From positions 1,364,001 through 1,428,000 of the forward strand of contig MU008161.1 in assembly GCA_010909165.1 (NCBI GenBank): a stretch of 64,000 nt of DNA, read 5' to 3'. The translations under genes and the position numbers were made by a program. Below, one piece after another: positions 47,078 to 59,700 of this stretch. Within the stretch, counting starts at the first letter, position 1, and each line of letters begins with the position of its first letter. The stretch comes from Anthoceros angustus (taxonomy: Eukaryota; Plantae; Anthocerotophyta). Below the pieces are notes generated by a model. The model had not been told where the DNA came from. It saw only the letters and a list, made by a program, of their open reading frames with translations, and did no database searches.

Positions 47078-48434
47078 ATGAAGTTCGCCAAGAAGTTGCA
47101 GAGCCATTTGGAGGAAACCCTGCCGGAGTGGAGGGACAAGTTCGTGGCCTACAAGCAGCTCAAGAAGCGGCTCAAGCTGCTCAAGTATGCGCCCGACGGG
47201 CTCACCGTCGGGGCCTTCATCCCGGCCAACGAGGCCCCGGATTCGGATGTGGCTAGGGTGGACAGCATGCTGCGGAATCACTATGGGAACCGGACGCAGG
47301 GCTGGCCTATGCGGATGATGGATGAGCGGGAGCAGGGAGCGGCTGCGGGTGCTGGTGTTGGTGCCTGTCCGGGTGCGCATGTTGCTGCGCAGGACGGAGT
47401 GGAGAGGACGTTCGCTCGGAAGCGGAAGGCTAGGGACAGCGGAGTGGATAGCGACGAGGATGAGAACTCGGACAGTCCGTTTGAGAGTGGATATTTCCCC
47501 AGCGATCAGATGGAGTTCATACGCCTTCTGAACGTGGAGCTCAAGAAGTTCAACAAGTTCTTCATCGAAAAGGAGGAGGAGTATGTCATTCGTTTGCAGG
47601 TAAGAGAGGTTGGGATGTGTGTTCGTGCAAGCCTTGGGTCTAGGTCTTGAGGTTTGGATCCGTGCGGATTGAGTTGTTTGCATGTAGTTTTGGAAGGACT
47701 TTTGTTGTACACAAGGCTTTGCTGATGTTGCGCTGTTACAGGATCTGAAGAAGAGGATAGAGAAAATGAAGGAGGCGGCTCTGGCCAAGCCGCAGCTCTC
47801 GGTGGATGACCTAAGCGAAATGAACACAATCTTCAGGCAGATGATTACGTTTCATGGAGAGATGGTGTTGTTGGAGACGTACAGCTCACTCAATTACACT
47901 GGCCTGGTGAAGATCCTGAAGAAGCATGATAAATGGACCGGGGGGGTCCTGCGCATGCCTTATATCCAGACGGTCCTGCACCAGCCTTTCTACACAACGG
48001 AGCTGCTCTCACGGCTGGTGAAAGACTGTGAGGTGAATTTGTCTGACTTGTTCCCTGTCCCAGCCACTTCCCAGCAGCAGCCTGCTGCGGAAGCTCTCCT
48101 CTTCGACGAGGGTGAAGACAGTGTCGACTCTGAGAGCGAGGAGTCGCATGTAGTCGAGTCTCCGGAGGCTGGATCCGGAAGGGAACGTGCCCAGAGTGAT
48201 GACGGCGACTTGTTTCCAGTCCCGGCCAGCAACAATTTGGACATTGTTCACAAGAGCTGTGAGGCAGCGCTGAAGACCATCAAGGACATCCGCAAGGGTA
48301 GTTCAACGTACAGCGCATTGTCCATGCCACCTCTCGATCCGCCAGACGTGGATGACAGCCTTGGGGTGGTGATCAACGAGGCGGCCAGGGACCCTCCATC
48401 GCCCTGCCGTACTGTGTCTGTTTCTCAAGACTAG
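47078..48434 (+). CDS. SPX: SPX-domain-only protein (SPX1-4 class), 2 exons (47078-47599, 47742-48434)
   Basis: MKFAKKLQSHLEETLPEWRDKFVAYKQLKKRLK; FIRLLNVELKKFNKFFIEKEEEYVIRLQ; FHGEMVLLETYSSLNYTGLVKILKKHDK; RKGSSTYSALSMPP. Confidence 0.97.
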
Positions 48435-50349
48435 TGGCTCCTTCAACCTCGACGCACAATGCTAGGATATGATGAGCTGCTGGGAGATCCGGGTGTGTCG
48501 GCAGGCGCATATTGTCATGTCATTAGCGCCAGACCCTGCTCCTTGCATGATTGGGAACGATTCTTTTGGCCCCTTCCGTGGCTCATGTCCAGCCGGCTAT
48601 CCCATCCATTTCGACAGTGGGATATATGGAGAACTCTAGCTGCCTGCACCATGAGACGGGAAGCGGTGGCATGATACAGGAACTTTGAGCTTTCTATGAC
48701 CTTTATCTACTAGCCTCACCTCTTGTTGTACAGGTGGAGGGCTCCTGGTGTGGACAGCATGCGTTCCGCAGAGTAAGAGCTATAGGTAAATGCTACCTCC
48801 AAACCAGAGCGTACATACATACCTTGCTACCCCGGTTTGTGAATGTGTACAGCCTGCCAACTGTCTCTGTTGGCTGTTTGATTAGTTCGTTGACAAAAGG
48901 TCTGTCGTTGTTGTCTGGACCTGAGCGGAAGTGTTTGAGACTTCCTTCAAATAAAGGGTAACCATGTGCAGTACATAGTGTACGTACAATGTGCTCTGAT
49001 TCAGAACATGGAAGCCGTTTTGCAGCGCACTGCAAGTCACGATCACCACTACCTCCTCAGCCAGGCAGGAAAGGTCATCGTCAATCCTGCAAGGGTGCTC
49101 AACGTGCAAGATTCGAATATGGGTGGTGGCCTGGGCAGCCCTATCAGTCCCCGAAAGCCATCAAGGCCAAGAGTAGAGCCTTAAACCCACGTCATCACGA
49201 GATGGACGTCCTTCGGGACGGGACGACACTCACTGTGTGTTTGAGAACGTGTGGGACGGCACATCCACCACACACCACATGCCTCATGCCCAACCGCGCG
49301 GCCCTTGGTTTTTTGTATGTGAGTAGTCTTGACCGGGCGCGCGATGCCACCAAAGGGTTGAAGTGTCATAGTGCAGATCGGAACCCCAGGGTTTAGCGTC
49401 CTGCGATCGGATGAGATGTGAGACACGATTGTTTGAACTTTCAGTGTTTTATCATACTTGTTATCAACGTTCCTGGGGATGCAGGGGTGCGTGTTCAAAA
49501 CCGCGCGGTACATTTCGCACGGTCCAAATCCAAATTAGGGCTCGTCGCGCGAGAGAGCGCACTCCTCCCATGTGAATGGCCTGGCAGGCAATGGTACATG
49601 TGCCCATGTGCCATGGTAGGGGCATAGGCCACATAGCCTCTGTGACCTGACCCTACGTACAGGATTCGAAAATAAGTGGCCTAACCTCATCTCCATGGAG
49701 GGGCCCGGCCGCCCGGCACTGTGCACTGTGCACTGTGCACTGTGGCCAGCCCTCCACTGCAGCCGGCTTCCATCTTCGATGAGCTGAATCGGTACATACA
49801 CATCTAATAACGGGTGCCAGCGCGACACCACGTGATTGCATCACCTTGATTTATCTTTATCTGCACATCTAATCTATCTATATCGTTTCGTTCTAACTCA
49901 TCAATTCGTTTAAACTCTATGCGAATTAATTGTTATTTATGTAAATTATCAAATAGAAAATAAAATTAAGTCGTCAAATAAAATGGAATAGGCTTATGGA
50001 ATAGGCTTACGTTTAGACCTGAAAGCAAAGATCCAACACTTCTTGTAATGTCACTTGACGTGATGAACAAAAGAATAAACTTCATCATCGAAAGGAAAGG
50101 AGCAGTAGCTTTATGCGGTACCCCCATACTTGCATCCATGATATAACTTGGTAGATACCTGCGGATTATAGGTATGAAGCAAACACAAACTATCCAGGCA
50201 AGCATGCCTAGCTTCGTGGACCCTTTTCATTATAACATTTTAGAATTATGTTTATAGGTGTGACTAGACGTGGCTTGAATGCTGTGACCTCCAATAGTTA
50301 GTGTCCACTTCATATTATCTACCGTCTTCATAAGCATGTCTCTTCACAC

Positions 50350-50817
50350 TGACACCATGCACGCATGAAACAGAATGATGGCAGCATGTCTTTTTTCCAA
50401 TTTGTGAGAGGCCTATAATGAAAAACTATGAGACATAATGATATAAATATGAGACATAATGACATCATGCAAGCATGAAACAGAATGATGACATCATGCC
50501 TTTTTTCCAGTTTGTGAGAGGCCTGTAATGAAAAAATATGAGACTTAATGACATCATGCAGGCATGAGACAAAATGATGACATCATGCCTTTTTTCAGTC
50601 GTGAGAGGCCTGGAATGAAAAAAATATGGAATAAAATGACATCATGTAAGCATGAGACAAAATGACAGCATGTAAGCATGAGACAAAATGCTGACATCAT
50701 GCCTTTTTTAGTCTGTGAAAGGCCTAGAATGAAAAATTATGAGACAAAATGACATCATGCAAGCATGAGACAATCATGACATCGCGCCCTTTTTCAGCCG
50801 GTGAGAGGCCTGTAATG
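50350..50817. repeat. ~90-bp tandem satellite (~5 units) built from ~23-bp CATGAGACAAAATGACATCATG subrepeats
   Basis: Recurring TGAGAGGCCT..AATGAAAAA..ATGAGAC blocks with a variable number of subrepeats. Confidence 0.88.
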
Positions 50818-50888
50818 CAATCCATATGCATATATTTCTAATATTGAAATCCATATGCATGCATTCCCAACCCCGGAGGGGTGGCTGT

Positions 50889-51108
50889 AACAAGCCTATT
50901 GGTAAAGTACACCCCTCAGTTTTACCTTTTCTAAGATTTAAAATTAGTATTTTAATAAATAAATAAATAAACCCATCAAAGTAGATTAACACAACACTAA
51001 CAAGCCTATTGGTAAAGTACACCCCTCAGTTTTACCTTTTCTAAGATTTAAAGTTAGTATTTTAATAAATAAATAAATAAACCCATCAAAGTAGATTAAC
51101 ACAACACA
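50889..51108. repeat. 110-bp direct tandem duplication
   Basis: AACAAGCCTATTGGTAAAG…TAACACAACAC occurs twice, nearly identical. Confidence 0.93.
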
Positions 51109-52460
51109 AAGATGTCCAAGTTACCAACGAATCTTGTAGGCCTTGTCGAGATAATTTGCAGGCCTTCATATTTTGGTGATGCTATGTGGATCAAAGTCGC
51201 AAGTCTACGGACCTGCAAGAATAAGTTCTCGGTGGCACTCACTAAAAGCTTCTGACTCAAGAAGAGCCAGAAATTCGTGACCTAATGTACTGGGAACAAT
51301 TAGACATTATAGATATTTTCTAAGGTTTGTGAGTACCATCCATGTGTATATTTCAACTTGATGAGTTTTAAGGCTTTGTACGTTTTCGTACGATGTAGCA
51401 TTTGTTTTCCTTCCGCCAAGCAAGTGAATAGGTGTAGCAACTCGACTCTCCAACCTACCATCTCCAAACGGCCTAGCAGCTTCGAACCCCTCTGCCGTAC
51501 AAGCTGCAGACAGTACAGGAGCTCCGAACGCGAACTTGATGCTGCCATGGAGCAAACGCCCAAGAGCTCCGAACTTTCTCTCATAGCTCCCGATGTGATA
51601 ACCCTAAACCAGCATATGTACCCTGGATTCCGTACCGCACAGAAAGACGGGAGAAAAACTTTAAACTCAAACAGGCTCTAGGTACACCATATAACTGCCC
51701 TCATCTCTGCAAGTAAAAGTTGCAAGCTGTTGCAGGGATGCTGGAGTTGTCTTGTGTGGAGACACCATACGCATCCCAGCTAGTAGCAGGCAGGAGCACC
51801 CTTGATCCACTCTCCTTGGGGTCCCAGAGCCCTGCAGGTTACCAGCTTAACTTCCCCAGCCACAAAAGGAGAAGTTGCCCACTCTGAGCTGAATACCAGC
51901 CTGAAACCCCAACCCTTGTTCTTCCTGACCCAGCCAGATGGCAAGCAAGTGCACAGCCAGAACACCGCGCGTGAATTTCCCTCCCAACAGCTCGAGTCTG
52001 ATTCTCTCTGTTATGATGATGAGAGGTGCCAGGATCAGTGTTAGCCATCCATGTCCATGTCTCAAGTTTGGACAGGAGTGGAGTCAAGCGAGCACAACAC
52101 CCCGAAAGACATTCTCACGGTCGACCCTTACAACTGCGGTGTGTAATCTCCTCTCTGGCATACTGCCTGCCATCAGACGCTTATTGAACCGCCCTAATAC
52201 GCTAACCTAGCATCAAGGGAATAGTGTCTTATTAGGTACCCGTCGTTTACTCTACAGAAATCTGTACCGAATAAACAGTTCCTGGAATTTTTTTTCTCGA
52301 GTGTCCCCTTTCAAGTCGCTGTCGTGATCAGAGGCAGGCAAGTGAAGGCGGGCTTGCAGGGTTTTACAAGTTTTGGAGGTTTATCATGTTCCCAGCCATG
52401 GAGCGGGAGGCGGAGGGACCTTGATTGCAACCTATCAGCAGCAGAGGTGGGAGGGAGGAG

Positions 52461-54671
52461 ATGGACATTGCCATAGCCAGGACGTCCCACTGTGCGGTGG
52501 CCTCACTGCGCACCGATGCTGTGCTCGGCGTGGCATCGGGGAATGAGCCTGCAGGGTGCAGCTATGCACGCTGGTCCTGCTCGCATTGCAGCAGCCAGGC
52601 GCAGCTGGTGGTCAGGCGGGGCAGCGGCAGCACAAGGGCTTCCAGGCAGGAAGTGCGGTGTCGGGGCTTGTGGACTCTCTTCTCCAACAACCTGCAATTT
52701 CGTTGCAATTTCGGGGGAGCTGAGACTCCGGGCTTGATCACCTGCGAGAAGAAGGATGAGGGGGATGCGGGTGAGGAGGGGTCTAGTCCCAGCTCCAACA
52801 ACGGTGCAGCACTGCCCCCGCCACTGAAGGTACCGAACATGCGTCTCCAGCTCTGTGATAGGGTTTTCCATCTGCTAGCGCCGATCCGATCCGGAATTGT
52901 TGAAAGTTTGTGAGCGTGATCTGATGGAAGAATTGCGGTTTGTCGATAATTTCTGGTTGTCTGGAATGCAGGTGAAGCTGGGCAACGCTGGAGCGTCTGG
53001 TCAGGGGGCTGTGGACGGAGCTTCATTGCCTGCCTCACCCTCAACAAGTCGCAGCGGGGAGAAAAGTAAGAGGGCAGGGCTCCGGCGTACACCGATAACT
53101 GGGGGTGTCCAGAGCGCGACATCTTCCAATGACCTGCCCCACCCTTCTGTGGCTGTCCGGAATCTAATTGAGCAGGTTAAGTCCTGAGAAATTTGCGAAA
53201 CATGTTCCAAGGGATGATGGTCTCGTCAAGTCACCTGTTCTGGTTTGCATATGCGGGTTGAATTCTTACTCACTGTCGCTTACTGCGCCTGCAGGCTCGT
53301 TATGCCCACCTCTGTACCATCATGTCTAGAATGCACCATCGTCGGCGTGGTTATCCCTTCGGTTCGCTTGTCGACTTCGCGACTGACCCCAGTGGACGTA
53401 AGGTCTCAGATTTGTTATGCCTGTGTCTGTTAGTCTGTGATAATTGGCATGCTGGTTTCAGCAGTTGAGTATGTGGGCGGAGGGCACGAATGCTGGGTGT
53501 GAAAGCTCAACGACCCTGTTTGTGCAGGCCCCATCTTTCACTTGTCTCCCCTTGCCATCCACACCCGGAACTTGCTCACGGATCCCCGATGTACTTTGGT
53601 CGTCCAGGTAGGGTATGTGCAGGTTCACGATCCAGGCATGAATAGCCCCTGGTACGTTCGTTGGAAGTCAAAACAAGCTTTGCTGACTGTATGGAGTTAC
53701 TGCAGATGCCAGGATGGAATGGGCTGGCCAATGCGAGGGTTACTCTCTTTGGTGATGTTTATCCTTTACCTGCAGAAGAACAGGTGATGGACCAAGTTTT
53801 GCAGATATGCATTCTGAAGCTCAGCTGAAAAGTTGTAGGTGTAGTTTTTTCGGTCACGTACTTTGTCCTTGGGTGAGGCTGAATTGATGAAAGTTTGCAG
53901 GAGGTGGCCCATAAATATTATTCAGCCAAGCACCAACATGGAGTCTCTCAGCGGTGGGGAGATTTTTACTACTACAGGATGGAAGCCATTGGGTAGGAGT
54001 GTCGGTTATCTACCTGCATTGCACTCTCAGCTGTCTGCAGTAGAATTGGAGCAAGGCTCACAGTGGTGGTGTGTGGCTTGGCAGTGACATATATTTTGTC
54101 GGAGGGTTTGGCACGGTCGCATGGGTCGATGTAGAGGAGTATCGGAAAGCAGCTCCTGATCATATCGCCACTGCTGACGGTGACAGAACTCTGCAGGTCC
54201 GTTCTTCCACTTGGCATTGTGATGTCATAGCAGGAAGAACACTGCAGGTCTGTGTCCACTGACTGTTAACACACTTTGGCAAAGACATGCACTGAAATTC
54301 TGTGGCTCACAGCCCTTTTCTGTTTCCTTGGCGGGTTTAGGAGCTCAATAACAGATTTTCCAAGCCGTTGAGAGAGCTGTTGACATCAGAGTCGGAGGTG
54401 GATGACGCAGCCCTGATATCCATTGACAGCAAGGGAATCGACATTCGAGTCCGTCAGGGGGCCCAGGTACGGTGTCCTAGCATAGCAGTGACTTGAGATT
54501 TCCGAACCGGCGTGGCCAGCTTGATGGCTTCACATTGCCGTGTTTACCTTACCACAGGTTAACATTCAAAGGCTCTCATTCGACGAAAGGAATGCCGTGG
54601 AGACACTTGAACAAGCTGAAAGAGCTATTCAGAAAGTTCTGGACAGAAGCCACACTCCCAAGCTATATTAG
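52461..54671 (+). CDS. Pyridoxamine 5'-phosphate oxidase-like FMN-binding split-barrel protein, probably plastid-targeted, multi-exon
   Basis: AVRNLIEQ|ARYAHLCTIMSRMHHRRRGYPFGSLVDFA; LSPLAIHTRNLLTDPRCTLVVQ; GWNGLANARVTLFGDVYPLP; DIYFVGGFGTVAWVDV; LISIDSKGIDIRVRQGAQ|VNIQRLSF. This matches the At3g21140/At1g51560 type as I recall it. Confidence 0.9.
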
Positions 54672-55173
54672 GAAACTGCCAGTTGCCAAGGGGGAACGAG
54701 AAGAAAACTATTTCAAGTCCACGGGAAACTCGAAAAACGCAGTGGTGATGTTCCTCGGTTGATATTCACCCTGCTGCTTCCTGTCCAATTTTGCGAGTTG
54801 GTTTGCCATCGCAGCTAGCGCAGTACCAAAGCAAACAGGCCTCCCTGTAATTTGTTGAGAGAACTGTCATCTATTCGCATCTCTAGCAAGCGCAAGACTG
54901 CTTATGAAGCCAGCAGAGCCACGGGCTCGTATGCTTGAGTTGGCAGGGACTCGCCCTGTAAACCTGTTTGCTGTACATAACGTCCCGGGCTTGTGTCCTT
55001 ACCCCTTCAATGTTCTACCTATTCGGGACAGCTACATGCCAGCAAGAAAGCCCCACCAGCGTGAAAGCCCCACCAGCATGAAAGCGAGCCAGGAGAAACT
55101 TCATATAGCTAGGACGAATGAGATGAATGAAGCGAAAGGCAGCCTCGTCGCGTAGGATTTGGGATTGGCAGGC

Positions 55174-56509
55174 ATGGCGGAGGAAGCGCGCATCATTGAC
55201 GGCAAAGCCATAGCTAAAGTCATTCACGCCGAAGTTCAACAGGACGTTCAGCGGCTGAAGGATGTCCATGGCTGCGTAAGCTCCCTGCCTGCCCTACATC
55301 TTCTGCTGTCTCAACGCTGGGATGCTTTCACGTGGAATGCTTTCGTGGATCCGTTTGATGCCCGAAGCTGACCCACTCTCTGCTCGGTGATAGGTTCCTG
55401 GCCTGGCAGTTGTCATCGTGGGAGAACGGAAGGACTCTCAGACGTATGTTCGCATGAAGAAGAGGGCCTGTGCAGAGGTGGGGATTCAATCTTTTGGCAA
55501 GGATTTTCCTGCAGACGTATCGGAGGAAGAACTGTTGAATGTCATCTCGGAGCTTAACAGCAACCCGGATGTGCACGGTAACTCTGTCCCATTCGCTAGA
55601 GATGAGTGAATGAATCCCGTCCATGAGGAGCTGTGTGGCATCTTGTCGATTGAAAGCCACAACTGATGTCGTCTCATGCAGCTCTGGTGGTACAGGTGTT
55701 TTGGTGCAGCTTCCTCTGCCAGAGCATATCAGTGAAGAAAACGTGCTGAACGCAGTAAGCATTGAGAAGGATGTCGATGGATTTCATCCTCTCAATATTG
55801 GAAAGCTTTGCATGAAAGGCAGAACCCCGCGCTTCGTGCCCTGCACACCCAAGGTATGCATCTTGTCTACATGGTTTCCTCACGGGCTTCTATATTTTCA
55901 GAGGAGGTGAGGTATGCCTCTTCCGTGTGCAGCAGGAGCTCAATTCAAGTCAAGGAATTCAATCTGAATTTGTGGGTGTTTTAGGGATGCATAGAGCTTT
56001 TGATACGAAATGGGATCTCTATAGCGAAGAAAAGGGCTGTGGTGGTTGGCCGAAGCAATATTGTGGGCTTACCAGCAGCCATGTTGCTACTGGAGCGTGA
56101 TGCCACTGTGTCTATAGTGCACTCACGAACCCCTGATCCTGAGAGTATCATCAAGGATGCAGACATCATCATAGCTGCCGCTGGACAAGCTCACTTGGTA
56201 TATTTCAATCAGCATGTCGCTTTATCGACATCGCTTTCTGTACATGCTAACCCTCTCCAGCTACTGCTTTCGCTTTCGCAGATCAAAGGACATTGGGTAA
56301 AGCCAGGTGCTGTGGTCATCGATGTGGGCACGAATCCTATTACTGACCCGTCTAAGAAAGCGGGCTACAGGCTTGTGGGTGATGTTGACTTTGAAGAGGC
56401 CAAAAAAGTTGCCGGCTGGATATCACCTGTTCCTGGTGGTGTTGGCCCTATGACCATTGCCATGCTGCTCAGAAACACGGTGGATGCGGCACTTGCAGCA
56501 GTAGCTTGA
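55174..56509 (+). CDS. FOLD: Bifunctional methylenetetrahydrofolate dehydrogenase/cyclohydrolase, probably cytosolic (no transit peptide), 5 exons
   Basis: [10 protein letters not shown]; [22 protein letters not shown]; VLVQLPLP; [15 protein letters not shown]; PCTPK|GC; [12 protein letters not shown]; VIDVGTN; LVGDVDF; [15 protein letters not shown]. Confidence 0.97.
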
Positions 56510-56578
56510 GTAGTAGTTGCTGCAGAGGCCCTCCGTTTTAGGTTTGTTGGTCTCGATCAGCGGTCACACATCAAGCAG

Positions 56579-58747
56579 CTACAGGTTAGCAAAAGCCTTG
56601 TAGTATATTGAGTCTTTGATCACATATCTTACACCCGCTGTGAGGGTCCCCACTGTCATTAGGGCGGTTAGTATCACCCACATGCAGTGCCATGCCCTTT
56701 GAAGTGTGCTCAGATCTTTCGTGACCTGAACGAACAGAAAAAAATGTTATCAGTTGTGTTTCCCCCTCCACCCGAGCTCATGCATGGTCGATGAAACACA
56801 TCATTGTTACCTTGAGGTACATGTGATTCGACAGGGCAAATTCCAGCGGCCAGATGGCCACGGCTCCTGAGATGACCACAAAGTCTCCGAAAAAGGGCAG
56901 TAAAGCTCCGAGGAATGTGAGGGTGAACATCCACAGGCTTCGTCCCACTATTCGAACCGTCGAGTTGATGGGGGACCACACAGATTCTTTCACTCTCCCA
57001 AAAGTGGAATCGATGTACTCGTATATCGGAAGTGAATAGAGCTGTCAGGTGCATCACATGAAGCCGTGAGAGACTTCAGGGAAGCTGTCGAGGTGGGTAC
57101 GTACGTAAAAGGGAAGCAAGAAATTCAAATGCATACTCACGTGGAGACAAATGGCTGCTTGCAGGAAGGCAGCGGCATAAGCTACGGTGATCCAGTTTTT
57201 GGGACCCCTGAGAGATGCGAGAAGGAAAGGCTGCAGTGCGTTTCCATATGCCCAGTATCCAACGAATCCGAGTCCCATAAAGATGGGGTTGGAGCAGAAT
57301 ATTTGCATCCTCAAAGCCTTGTACATATTTTTATCTGTTGGTGCCTTCACTGTTGACTGCAATTCCAATGAGCGTATATGCTCTCAAGCTCGTTAGTGAC
57401 TCGCCAGAAATTGATCAAAGACTGCCCAGAGGCTGGTCTGTAAAAATTCAGCCACAAGACAAAGATCGGATAGAACGGTAATATTAATATACCTGGATTT
57501 CAGGCAGCATTGTCGTGTTGAAGGTGAAGGCTATGGTTGACAGCGCTCCCAAGACCAAAAAGGCTTTACTCGCTGTTGTTCCCTGCACCGAGTAGTCCCT
57601 TGGTGGAGAGTCCAAACCTGGGAAAGACAGGTCCACTTTCAATCAACAGATGGACACATTTTCAAAGTATATATCCTTTACAATGTAAAGGCCCTACCGT
57701 TTTGGATGGCTATGACGATGGCAATGAGGGTGTATGTTGCTGATGCTGCCATGGAGAGCCCTGAATACACTCGAAGAGCATGCATATGTGGCACACAAAT
57801 TGCGAACAGCCAAAAAAAGATGCCAGTGATAGTAATCCAGATTCCAAGGTGGATGTTTCCATCAGCGGTCATTCCAAGATAGACGGCCTGCAAGCACGCA
57901 GAAGCGCACTGTGAGTTGATTCCCACCCAGTTCAGGACAGCCTCCTGTACATCAACTGTCACAACAGTTGTCCGGACACTAAAGGCACAACAGAACGGAT
58001 GCTAATTCACACCACAGTTCTTCAAGTCAAGCGGCCGGCAAGAATGACGAGCATTCTACAGCCTGAGGAATGCCGATGAGCTATCATACCTTGAGCGCCA
58101 TGCCGGCAAGAATGACGAGCCCAACATCGCCCACAAGAAGGTTGAAGTATTGCAGGAAGAAGACGGTTTTGTACATGAACGGTCCTGTAAGGTCCAGTGA
58201 TTTGGGAGTTGATCAGCTCGCAACCAATGCGTCACACGAAATCTGATAATTCTAGCTGCATCACGAATCCATTCATCAAAGAGACCCTGCACTGCCTGAA
58301 GGCCAGCAAGTTATACCGTAGATGTGGCCAGCGACGTCTCGATGCCTGACATGCCGCACTCCCCCGTACTCGTGAAGAGCAGCCAACAGGGCGTTGCAGT
58401 AGTAAGACAGCAACATTCCCCCGACCCAGAGACCGACGCCGGCGTACCAGCCCAAGGGAACCAGAATGAGATAAGGGTAACCGAGCGCAAATGCACTGTT
58501 CAATGCCACCACAAGTGTGATGCCGATAACCCACCATGGATCTGCAACAGCAGCAACAGCAGATCGAATTTATTGAGACTTTCGACCAAAGGATGCATGG
58601 ATGAAACACCTGCCAGAGGGAGCGAGATGTGCACTTGCCTCGTCCAACAGGATGCTGGGTCTGCTTGGCAAACACTTCGACTTGCACTTTCTCCTGGACA
58701 GGGAAATTGGCCTCGAGCTCGGCCGGGGAAGCATCCGTGCCGCCCAT
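56579..58747 (-). CDS. ProT: Proline/compatible-solute transporter (ProT, AAAP family), multi-exon
   Basis: DPWWVIGITLVVALNSAFALGY..VPLGW; LHEYGGVRHVRHRDVAGHIYG; PHMHALRVY; GYWAYG; LHxxxxPIYEYIDSTFG; LLPFFGDFVVISGA..WPLEFALSNHMYLK; terminal YKAFANL*. Stop at 56579-56581. Confidence 0.92.
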
Positions 58748-59476
58748 GGCCAGACTGGGCTGGACATCTTCGGGCAGAGGGCTGGGAAGGGACACGATCT
58801 TCCCCGACCGCGAGTTCGTCATGCTGGAAGTGGGCGTCGGATACGGACGCGGGCGCCCAAGAGTCCTTGAAATGCTTCACTCGGGGCAGTACCCAAGCGC
58901 ATACTTTGATCCGACTGCATCGGTTATGTAGCGGACGGAAGTCCCAGTGGACGCTCACCCCACACTGCACACTATTCAGTTGGGGAATTGGGTCAAGGAA
59001 CTTCCCATGGTAGAATGAGAATCTCCCTGATCCTGCAGGACTCTGCAAGACCTGGGGGCCGGTTCGGTAGACCGTTCTCTGCTTTCTGAACAGATCGGAT
59101 TGCCCTGCGCGGTTTTCGATATCACCCATCACCATGATTCTGTTTCTCTTCCTTCAATGCCTTCTCGCCACCGTACAGTAGCTTCTGCTTTCCCCTAAAG
59201 TGGTGCAATCGTTCATTCCGTGCCCACCTGCCCTCCTGGACTCAGAACCCCACGTACACTCGCTCGTGATGCAGTCCCCGTTAGCAGCTGTACCATCAAA
59301 TCAGCCCGTCGCCTAAACGTCATCAGCAAATACACGCGCCTGCTCATCGAACTGCTCCTGAGGCCCAAACCCCGATGCACATGGGCCGGCATCCCATCAG
59401 ATTCCCCGGTTAAAGATATCCGTTACCCTCTTGTCGGACCTGTGGAATGGAAAGTGGAAGTCCAAGCAAGTCGATC

Positions 59477-59700
59477 TGGCAAACCTACCCGCTCTGGTCT
59501 CGCAGAGTCCACCAAAACTCTGGAGTATGTATGACACATTTAGTGGCAAACCTACCCGCCCCGGTCTTGCAGATTCAGGATTGACCAAAAATCTGGAGTA
59601 TGACACACACTTCGTGGCAAACGCAAACCTGTCCGCTCTTTCTCTTGCAGATTCGGGAACATTTGACCAACAATCTGGAGTATGTATGCAAACACATTGT
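59477..59700. repeat. Degenerate ~70-bp tandem repeat (3 units)
   Basis: GGCAAACCTACCCGC…GCAGA…ACCAAAA(A)TCTGGAGTATG recurs three times. Confidence 0.8.

Noticed and set aside
7597-48434. ITPK and SPX as an inositol-pyrophosphate/phosphate-signalling gene cluster
   Set aside because: They are ~38 kb apart with unrelated genes and TEs between them. Co-location is probably chance, though synteny across species would test this.
51300-52210. Short ORFs between the AT-rich repeats and the PPOX-like gene (e.g. MAASSSRSELLYCLQLVRQ…)
   Set aside because: No recognisable domain and no coherent exon chain could be built; needs RNA-seq.
18202-56509. RPA1B, dCMP deaminase and FolD as a DNA-synthesis cluster
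   Set aside because: Housekeeping genes interspersed with unrelated loci; no shared regulatory signal was seen.
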